Assembly (NCBI GenBank): GCA_001643675.2
Contig: LSRY02000002.1
Coordinates: 434,001-498,000 of the forward strand
Source of the DNA: Monocercomonoides exilis PA203
Lineage: Eukaryota; Protista; Preaxostyla
Direction: 5' to 3'
Length of the DNA: 64,000 bases
The translations under genes and the position numbers were made by a program. A model generated the notes under the pieces. That model had not been told where the DNA came from. It searched no databases and saw only the letters and a program-made list of their open reading frames with translations. Positions 25,871-35,700 of this stretch are shown here, one piece after another. Each line of letters starts with the position of its first letter. Position 1 is the stretch's first letter.

Positions 25871-27413
25871 TAATAATTATTTTTCTAAATATTTATTTGT
25901 AACGTTCTAACTTGTTTGAATTCATTTTTTTTTTTTGAATGAATCTTTGCTGGAACCGAAAAACACGACGATTTGGAATATCACATGTTTTCGATTGTTT
26001 ATTCCATATTTTGAAATATTCGTTCAAAAAACGTCCACTAATATTCCAAAATATATTCTTTTTTCCACATTTTGCGTGATTGAAAAGTCGAACTTCTCCA
26101 ACGAATAAAATTTTATCGAACTTACTTCAGGGGGGAATCTTCAAATACAATTAATCTCGAAATTCTCAATAGCATATGCCCTCGATTTAATGTATGCACT
26201 TTTTTCTTTGCTGAGCAAATGCATTTTGTAACCTTTTAATGCAATATTTGAAATTTTTTTTTTCATATTTGAAGGAACCTCCAAAATGTTTATGCTTCGA
26301 CATTACCAATAAATATAAAGTATTATTTGAAAAAGAAGTCCTTGCTCCATTTTCAAATAAATAGATTTTTTTTTTTAATGGCATAATTTTTTTTGTTTGA
26401 AAGTTGTGCTTATTTTTGTATTTTTTCTTATGAATTTTGTTTATTTCTATGAATGGATAATTTTGGGATTCCAATCATTTTCTCTTTTTTTTACAACAAA
26501 AATAATTCAAAAATGAGAATTTTTGTACATAAATTATAAATTTGGGGCAAATTTTTTTTATTTATGAAAAAAACAACTATTTGTTCAAAACTTATTCTCC
26601 AACATTGTCATTATAAGTCTTTCATTTCCGTATCAAAATAATACAGAAAAATTCAAGAATTGAGATAAATATTTGTTAGAGAAGAATGGAACAAAATTCA
26701 TAAAGCAAAATATTTTGTCCCATTTGCTTTCAAACAAGTGTTTTTTTAATTATTATGAGAATGTGTTTTATAGGAATTTATGCTTTGATTCCTTTCTTCA
26801 AAAATTAGTGAAATTTATTCATATTCCGAATTAATGATTCTAGTTCATAAAAAATAATGGATTGATATATTTTTTCTTTTTTCAAAAAAGCAACTTTTCT
26901 CTTCATAGCCTCACATTCTTCGAATTTTTTTATTTTTAAAAAAAAAGATCAAAAGGTTTTCCTTTCACAAAAGCTTTGACAGCCTTCAACAAAATAACTT
27001 AAAGATATAAAAAAGAATTTCAAATTAATTGAAAGAAAATCAGAATTCAATGTACTTCACCATCTGCTTGATCGCAATGCAAACAATCTAATGAACAATC
27101 AAAACGAAACAAAAATACTCATTTGCAAAAACTGAGATCACTTTCAAACAGAATCCAGTTTGAAATTCAACAGTTATTTAATAAAAATAAAGAAAGAAAA
27201 GAAAAGAATAATAATCTTTTAAACTTCTCCACAAAAGTACGACACAATAAAATAATAAAGCAATCACTTTTCAAACAAACAAGAAACAATTTAAAAAAGG
27301 TGTCGATTCATCCAATAAAAATGTCTTTTCTCAATAATCATTATAATAATGATAAATGAAAAAACAAACAATGAAAAATAAATAAAACTTATAAAATCAA
27401 GCATATGTCCACA

Positions 27414-29330
27414 TTACAGTGGCATGTTGTAATCATTCTTGTCTTTTTCACCAAAAATCGGAGAGAAATCTTCCTTTGCTATACGCTCAATGCTTTCAGT
27501 ACCTTTTCCGCAGCTGAAACTCCCATTGCTATTTCCATTGCTATTTCCACTGTCACTGCCACTGCCACTGCTGCTGCTTGTTCCAATGCCCCTTTCAATC
27601 AGAAGCCTTTCAATCTGCTTCTCTGCCACCAGCTTCACATTCTCTTCGTTCATCTTCCTCGTCCTCTTCTCTTCTGCTTTCTGCTTTTTCTTTTCTCTTC
27701 TCCGTTCGCTCCAGCTCATCAACCATTTCCACTCTTCAATCCACTTCCACCCGCTAACCCGCTTCTCCACACACTCCCTCAGAATACTTCGAAACTCTCC
27801 ATTAAACATCTTCATCTTCAGCGAACTCTCTTTTCCAATTCCTTCAAGCAAAATTCCACTCGCATTCAGCACCACAATCAAGAGAAACACAAAAAACATC
27901 ACCTTACCAAAAACGTACATCACCCACAGCTGCCCGTTCATACCCGGAACGCAACTCAGCGCAATCCCTCCCAAAAAGATGGGTATTCCAAAAATTGTCA
28001 AAAAAAATCACATTGCACACGAAACACTTTTCTGATAGGCAAAAACGCCAATGACACAGCATCATTTTCCTTTTCTTTCTGTGCCACCCGTTTGTACTCC
28101 GCTATCACATTCTTTTGGTCTGCGCCAAAATGCTCGTCTCCCTGATATAAATCCTTCTCAATTGCCTTCTTTGCTACTGCTATCTCCAAATCTTTCGACC
28201 GCCAAAACGGATCGTCATGAGGGATATATCAAAGTCTATCGTCAGGATCAGTGACATCACTCTTAATCCTCGAGAAGTTATCTCGCGATGGCACACCTTT
28301 CAAGTCGAGTAACGGTGCAACAAGACAGTCATCCTGCTCCTGTTTCTTCCCAGCCATCATTTGCGCACGAACTAATAAATCGTTCATCTTTGGTGTTTCA
28401 AACTGGCGAGGTTTCGGATGCCCGGTTGGAATTGAAGCAAACGCAGCTCTGCAGTTATCAGAATTTGGAAGGCTGCTGGGCGGCTCTTGAGTTGTGCCCC
28501 TGCTTTGTATAAAAGCAACCTCCTGCCAGAATTCCACTTTTTGCTCAAGGCCCAACGCCTGCGCAAACTCTTCAAGCGCTGACGAAGGAGGATTCGAGGG
28601 ATAATAATTCTCAAACATTTTCAACAATTTTTCCTTTTCCGTGGCCCCAAGCTTTCTCATGAAATTCAGCATTCTTTCTGGTACATTTTTAATTCCTTGG
28701 ACACCTATCTCCTGTGCTTTCATCATATTTTTGTTTTTCAGCTGATTTGAATGATCTTTATCCTTAACAATACAGTCTAAACCGGATATAATCACGTCGA
28801 ATATAATCAACATCGTTTATTGTCACATTTTTCGATGTGCCGACATTTTTTGCTTGGTTTTCATTCATTTTTCATCGCATATAATCACAGGGATGAAAAT
28901 GCATAATCATATTTTTTATTATTATGGGTGACTTTTTCTGTGAAAAATCGATTTATTGATCAAAAATCTCAAATTTTCGCGTTTTCAAAAATGTGCTCGA
29001 ATAAGTCAAAATAATGTGTATTTATGATCAAAATTGCTCAAGCAAGTGAAAAAAGAGTATTTGTGTAGAATTTCCAAAAATATAAAAATTGACACAAAAT
29101 TAATTAATGAATTAATATATTATTATTTTTTTCTGTGTTAAGCATCATCGTGTATAATCACAATCGGATATAGTCACAAAAAGTTGTGCAAAAACCGATG
29201 TGATTATATCCGGTTTTGACTGTATATGTTATATGATCGATTTTTTCTAATTGTTGCAGCAAACGATCAATTTGAAAAGAAGATATGAAAAATATAATGT
29301 TCTCATTTTTATCAGAAATAACCCATTTCA
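27414..29330 (-). pseudogene. Disrupted gene for a putative membrane protein (MITE insertion, in-frame TGA, homopolymer frameshift)
   Basis: ORFs 28229-28813 and 27998-28189 are in the same frame across TGA 28229-28231. One extra T in the T-run near 28000 joins ORF 27414-28001. Removing the MITE plus one TA restores the frame QIDRLLQQLEKIDHITY-IVKDKDH. Confidence 0.65.
28773..29222. mobile_element. 450-bp MITE with CAGT termini and TA target duplication (Tc1/mariner-pogo type)
   Basis: Left TIR CAGTCTAAACCGGATATAATCAC; right TIR (reverse complement) CAGTCAAAACCGGATATAATCAC. TA lies at 28771-2 and 29223-4. Internal ATAATCAC repeats are present. Confidence 0.9.
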
Positions 29331-29360
29331 ATTAATAATTTTGATAATTTCAATAAATGC

Positions 29361-29363
<3 letters not shown>

Positions 29364-29410
<47 letters not shown>
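29364..29410 (+). repeat. Poly(A) tract of about 46 nt
   Basis: Directly visible; preceded by AATAAA a few nt upstream. Confidence 0.9.
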
Positions 29411-29412
<2 letters not shown>

Positions 29413-30522
29413 ACAAATTATTGAATAAAAAATCAATAAATAAAAATATTAAAGAAACATTGCTCAAAATATGATACACAAATAAAATAAGATGTGCATT
29501 GAAAAATCCAGTGTTATTAAAAAGACTTATGACTTATTATAATTTAAATTTTAATTTTATTTTTTGTTTTTTGACAAAAATTGAAACGTCCTCTTTTGAT
29601 CGAAATTGTTATCACGGAAATAAATATTTATTTTTGAATTATGAATTTGTGAAGAATGTTTAATGAATTCACAGGTGGAATCTTTTTGAGTTGATTTCCG
29701 TTGAAATTGATTTTGCTTTTGTTTTTGTTTTTCTATTCAAAACTTTTGTATGTAATAGGGTCAACTTTTTAATGGGACTTTTTCCTTTATTGGCACTTTT
29801 TTTATTTTCGATAACAAAAAGCTGAGAAGTGTGAAATGGCTTTCAGTATTTGGATAACCGATTTTAACAAAGTTGATTCAATTTATTACCGGTTTGTTTT
29901 TTCATTTTTGTTTATTATTTAACGAGACATTACGTTTTTTTGATAAATTTGAATTGGTTTTTCCCACTCAACCAAGCATTTCCAGAAAATGAAAATTACT
30001 GTTTTCAAAAGCACAAACTTTTATCTATCTGTTTTAAATTCTTTTTTTTTACAAACACTTTTTTCTTGTTTTTTTCACATTTCAAATTTTCATCAACATG
30101 ATAACATAAAACTGTTTATTTCTTTATTAATATAATGAAATGATAAAAATAAAAATATGATATGAAAAACAAATTCTTTAAAAATGAAGTGTTGAAAAAA
30201 TAAAACATTCTCATTTTCTATTTGTCTCTGACAGACAAATGGCGCCAACCAAAAACGATCAATGATCAAGTTTTTGTAACAAAGTTAAGTTCTTGATAAA
30301 TAGATAAAATTAATGTTTTATTTTTTCAACACTTCATTTTTAAAGAATTTGTTTTTCATATCATATTTTTATTTTTATCATTTCATTATATTAATAAAGA
30401 AATAAACAGTTTTATGTTATCATGTTGATGAAAATTTGAAATGTGAAAAAAACAAGAAAAAAGTGTTTGTAAAAAAAAAGAATTTAAAACAGATAGATAA
30501 AAGTTTGTACTTTTGAAAACAG

Positions 30523-31922
30523 GGCAAATTAAAAGAATATCGGAACTTTCAAATTATCATTATTCTTGTTTCTATTGATTTCTTTTGTGTTTATAAAGTA
30601 TTTAAATGTGAAAAAAGTTGTCGGAAAACGTTAAAAAAAACTTTCAATAATTTTTTATTCAAGCTGATCAAATATAAAATTTTTGCTTATTCATCAGAAT
30701 AATTAGAAGCATCCTCTCCTTCATCAACGCTATTTGAATCTTCTTCTTTTTCATCATCACGCGGTCCATGCAGTATATCGTCAGCATCAGGAATTTCTTC
30801 ATTTTCTGAAAAATCAATTTCTTCATCAGCAATAATGGGATTTTCTTCTGGAATAAAATGAATCATTTTCTGCAAAATATCGACAAAACTTGGTTTAAGA
30901 TTCCTTTGAACAAGCCACATGGATAAACAATCAGCAATGAATGTTTTCCTTACTCCATGCTTCGGAAAAAACGCTCTTAAATGACTCCACAACCCTTCAA
31001 CTGTATTAGTACATGCGCCGGTTTCTGGATCTTTGAAGTTCCTTTTATGACAGACCGTCATATGTTCATAACCAATATCTTTCAGACAATCATAGCTTTT
31101 CCATTCATCACTAATAATTGTTGTGCCTGCTAATATCCTTTCTTGAATAATAGGAATCAATGTTTCTTTTTTCCTGTCTGGCACGATAATAACAAAATTT
31201 GTTCCAGCCCCTCCTCCTTCCTTCCTCTCAACTCCTCCGAAAATCCACAGCAAATCCTTCTTTCTTCCTCTTCCATATTTCCTTCTCCTCCAAACAGCCT
31301 CATCTATTTCGACGTATTTTCCCGGTCCTCCTAATTTCGGCATTGTTTCGTTCCAAATTTGTGTACACACAACTCTCACAACGCTTGTCCAGTAACCAAT
31401 CGTTGGATATGAAACACCCGTCAGCAAATGAATTTGTTTTAATCCAATTCCAATCCAATAGTACAATAGAATCTGCAAAACAATATTTATTGGTAGTTTC
31501 ATTTTGGAAAATACGGAATTTTTAAATATTGAGGTTTTTTTTCGGCAAGTTTGACACCAAAGATATTTGTAACCTTCTGTTTCCTCCCTGATTCTCCTTT
31601 TGCTTCTGCATTTAAAGCAATCATTGGTAGCGAACTCTTGAAAACGTTTGAAAAACCAATTCCACGTTTCTTCTTTATCATGGAAGATCGTATTCAATCG
31701 AAATACTGTTTGACTATTTTTTTCCTCTTCAGATCTTGCCATTAAACTTTTTTGATCACAAACCATAGATTAGAATTTTTTTGACTTTTCCATGTTTATT
31801 CAAACTTCTTAAAAAGACTTTCCGATAACTAAAAATTTGCATATTGAATCAATATATAATATAAATGACTTTCACTATTTTTTTGTGCAAAATTGAGAGT
31901 TCCGATATACTTTCATTTTGCC
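30523..31922 (-). mobile_element. Merlin (IS1595/ISXO2-related) DNA transposon, 1400 bp, apparently intact
   Basis: TIRs GGCAAATTAAAAGAATATCGGAAC and (rc) GGCAAAATGAAAGTATATCGGAAC; perfect 8-bp TSD GAAAACAG at 30515-30522 and 31923-31930; transposase ORF inside. Confidence 0.95.
30687..31766 (-). CDS. Merlin/ISXO2-like DDE transposase (359 aa)
   Basis: N-terminal CxxC..CxxC zinc ribbon and HTH-like segment, then KLGGPGKYVEIDE..RKYGRGR..WIFGGVER..PDRKKETLIPII..GTTIISDEWKSY..HMTVCH..F.DPETGACTNTVEGLWS, the characteristic DDE_Tnp_IS1595 pattern. Confidence 0.93.
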   Translation of the reverse strand: MVCDQKSLMARSEEEKNSQTVFRLNTIFHDKEETWNWFFKRFQEFATNDCFKCRSKRRIREETEGYKYLWCQTCRKKTSIFKNSVFSKMKLPINIVLQILLYYWIGIGLKQIHLLTGVSYPTIGYWTSVVRVVCTQIWNETMPKLGGPGKYVEIDEAVWRRRKYGRGRKKDLLWIFGGVERKEGGGAGTNFVIIVPDRKKETLIPIIQERILAGTTIISDEWKSYDCLKDIGYEHMTVCHKRNFKDPETGACTNTVEGLWSHLRAFFPKHGVRKTFIADCLSMWLVQRNLKPSFVDILQKMIHFIPEENPIIADEEIDFSENEEIPDADDILHGPRDDEKEEDSNSVDEGEDASNYSDE

Positions 31923-32723
31923 GAAAACAGTAATTTTCATTTTCTGGAAATGCTTGGTTGAGTGGGAAAAACCAATTCAAATTTATCAAAAAAACGTAAT
32001 GTCTCGTTAAATAATAAACAAAAATGAAAAAACAAACCGGTAATAAATTGAATCAACTTTGTTAAAATCGGTTATCCAAATACTGAAAGCCATTTCACAC
32101 TTCTCAGCTTTTTGTTATCGAAAATAAAAAAAGTGCCAATAAAGGAAAAAGTCCCATTAAAAAGTTGACCCTATGCCGTGTTCTGTTTTGCAGTTATCAT
32201 TTTGTTGTCTTTCTCTTTGAATGATGAATGTTGTGAGATTTTAAAATAACAAAAATTTTATCAAAAAGAAATATTTCAGAAGAAATACACCAAAAATAAT
32301 ATTGAAGGAGAAGTTTTGCACTCAAAATAATTATTCATCTTTAACTGATAAAAAAACAGATTTCCAATTACTTTGATAATTCTCAAAAGCCAATTTCCAC
32401 CATGCACGCAAGAATAATTTCAACGTTTCTATATTTTTCCAGAACGATTGTTTATTTATCATTTTGATTGAATGTGATTCGAATTTGTTTTGATGATTGC
32501 GATATTTGCGTGATTTTCAAAGATTTATAAAAATGTCAAACAATTTGTGATTATTTTCTGAAAAAAAATTTATTTAAATAACATGAATCAGAATTGCGAT
32601 TGAAATATATTGACTCAAAAAAACACATTATTATCTTTATAAATTGGTTATTTTTTATTTTGTGTTGCCCTTAATAAATGCTTTAAAACAACTTTTCTTC
32701 GTTTCATTGGTTAAGCGTTAGAG

Positions 32724-35700
32724 ATGCGATCAACAGTTATTCTTTTTACAGTTCTTACATACATTTATATCGGTAATTCCCAGTCAACCGAACATTTCAT
32801 CGAACAACAACGTGATGAAGAGTGCAGAAGCGAGAAGATATTTGTTCATCCTCAGGTACACAGATGTCTTAAAAATTCATCAGAGCGTAAAATATATTAC
32901 AATTATTTATTGCAACACATGAATACTTTCCAACAGAGCATCAGCATGAGAAACACTGAAATTAAAGGACAATCCGAAAAACACAATTTGCAGCACGATC
33001 TAAAGGAAAACAAAAAATTTTGTCAGACGATTGGACCAGAAATATCAAGTAATTATCAGATGCACCTTTTTAAAGAAATATTGAAAGATCATATTAAAAG
33101 TGAGATTGAGGGATGCATTTGTGCATTAAACTCGTCCGTTGAGTTGAAGAAAATTGGGCTAGTTGGGAGTGAGTGTGGGAATGTGGTGCGTGTAAGGAGG
33201 GGGAGCGTTGTTGTGGTGAAGGGGTGTGCTGTGGGGATAGAGAATGGCAATGAGGCAGGGGCATTTAATCTTTGTGGGTGCATTGGGATTTTAAGGAATA
33301 TCACATTGAAGGGATGGGGAAGAGGAGGAGAGATATACTCAGGCAAGCTGTTTGGAGGGAGCGATGAAGGAGAAGGGAGTATTTCGGTGAGTGAATCACG
33401 ATTCTCTTCTTTTTGTGTCTCATCAGCCCCATTCCTCTCATCCTCTTCAATACCCCTTGTAACCCTTTCTCATCTGACGTTTTTCAATATCTCAACAGCA
33501 AATGATGTATGCTCACCTTCAACCATAATGTCAACCCAAACCTCGTGTTTTATGAGCAGCTGTTCATTTTCATCAGTTTGCGATACGTATGATGGCGGAA
33601 TTGTTCATTCCCTCAACAATCCTTTGGCTTCCTTATCTGTTTCAAATTCATCATTCGTTGGGTGTTGTAGGACAAGAAACATTGAATTCATTGGAACCGC
33701 AGAGGCACCATTGAAGCCAGGGAGACAAAATGAAACAGAAAATGGAACGAATTCATTCACATGGTGTGAATGGAATGGATCGAAGACAATAGGAAGTTGT
33801 GATTCTTGGAATGATGGAGTGTCAAGCGGAGGAGCTATTTGCATGTTCAGCCAATCAAACGCCTCTGTATCTGTTTTTCATTGCTATTTCAACAACTGTA
33901 ATGCTTGTTATGCAGGTGGAGGTGTTCATTTCAACAATTTAAAATCTATTGAGGTTGTGAACAATTCATTTAAAACTTGCACTGCACAAAATTATCGTGG
34001 AGGTGGAATGTTTATTCTGAAGATTACGTTGTGTGTTCAGATCAGTGGATGTGAATTCCAGAATTGCAAAGGAAGAGAATGTGGAGGAGGGCTTTTACTC
34101 AATTCTTTTGATGTTTCAGGAACAAACTGCATTGGGGAAGAAAATGTGGAGGGAGAGAGTGCTTGTGTGTTTGACTGCTGTTTTTCTTCATGTTCAATAA
34201 CTTCCACGTGGGGTGGAGGAGCGTACTTCATTGGTGTTCCAAATCAATTCAAAATAAGGAATATTCAGTTTATTTCATGCACAGCTAAGTCAAGTGGAGG
34301 AGGTTTTTATCTGGAACTGAATAAAGCAACTGAGCATAATGATTTTATTTATTGTTATTATCTTTTCTTTCATGGATGCAAATGCTCAGACAATGTTCCA
34401 AATGGTCACGATATGATTTTTGTTGATTATAACAATGTGTATTTGAACTCTGGAATTCCGTTCTTTGAATGCTTCACCACAAACACTGATGACAAGAGAA
34501 TCTGTTATGCGTTCAATTTTGCAAATGCAAGTGCTTGGGCATATGATCAAACATCAAAAAAAAATTGGCTGAAGGATAAGACGATATATGTTTCAGTGAA
34601 AGGGAATGATTCATCTCCACTTTGCGGGGCAAATGAAACATTTCCTTGTCTGACAGTGAAGAAAGCGTTTGAGATGTGTGAGGTGCAGATTAGCTTGGCA
34701 ATCACGCTGATGGAAGGGAATCATCAAAGTGAAGCAACAACGATCAATATTGGGACAAAGAAAATTTCGGTCATTGGGAAAGGCAAAGATAAGAGTTCTA
34801 TCGGAACGGGAGTACTTTCATCTCCATCAACAGCAGGAGCGCTATTCAGTGTGTCAACAGGTCACCTTGGTTTATTGCACATGAAGGTTGATTGCAACTC
34901 AATAGTTGAAACTTCACCGAGTGTAGTTGTGGTGTCTGATGGGAGTGGTTCGCTCTCGTTTGAGGATATTGTGATCACCACGAGTGTTTCTTCAGGAAAC
35001 TATGTGATGTCATCGTCAGTGTTTGTGTTACCGCTGTCGCAGTTGTCGATGGCTGATGTGGAGATCATGAATATGAATATCTCAGAATCATTGTTCTCAG
35101 AACCAGATCAATCATAAGTTTCAACATCTGGAGAAAGTGTTTTGACAAATGTGACAATTCAGATAGTGAAATTGAGGAGTGGAGATGGGGTGGTTGTGGC
35201 AAAAAGTGTAAAGGAAGGGGAGACATTTGTGGTTCGGAACATAACAATTGAGGATTGCGAGTGTGAGAATGGAGGTGGTGGAGGAATAAAGGTTGATTTA
35301 TTATCACCTTTAAGCAAGCTTCATGTTGATTCAACAACTTTCAACAGATGCAAATGCACTGGATATGGGGGAGGGATAATGTTGCATCTGGCAGATAACT
35401 CGATTGATTTCTCAGTTGTGTCAGTTGACTTTTCATGCTGTTCTGCTTCGTTGGGTGGGAATTATGTGTTTGTGAATGGGAGCAGTTCAGCGAGCTGGAG
35501 AATAACAACAGAAAAGCTGAATGTCCAACATGACGATTCTAAATACAATGAGCTGGTGGGATATGATCGGAGTGACACAACAATGGGGCTGTTCCCGCTG
35601 AATGTGTTTCTGGATTCATATCCAGATGCAGCACATGTGGGGAAGGGAAAGGATGGGCTGGGTGGATACGACTCGTGGTTTTGCGGGTTTGCTTATTATC

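Larger units (their letters stand above)
29758..32171. mobile_element. Foldback (giant inverted-repeat) element A: 452-bp arms and a 102-bp spacer, with the right arm interrupted by Merlin
   Basis: Arm 29758-30209 is the near-perfect reverse complement of 30312-30522 plus 31931-32171. Termini are GGGTCAACT..AGTTGACCC, flanked by TA on both sides. Confidence 0.9.

Noticed and set aside
29350-29410. AATAAA plus poly(A) as a retroposon tail
   Set aside because: No TSD, RT ORF or plus-strand body was found. Long A/T homopolymers are common in introns and spacers here (12190, 42838, 60267, 61490).
35115-35117. Alternative genetic code (TAA/TAG = Gln)
   Set aside because: RPL23 and the H+-PPase end in TAA at their expected C-termini, and the other long ORFs contain no internal TAR codons.
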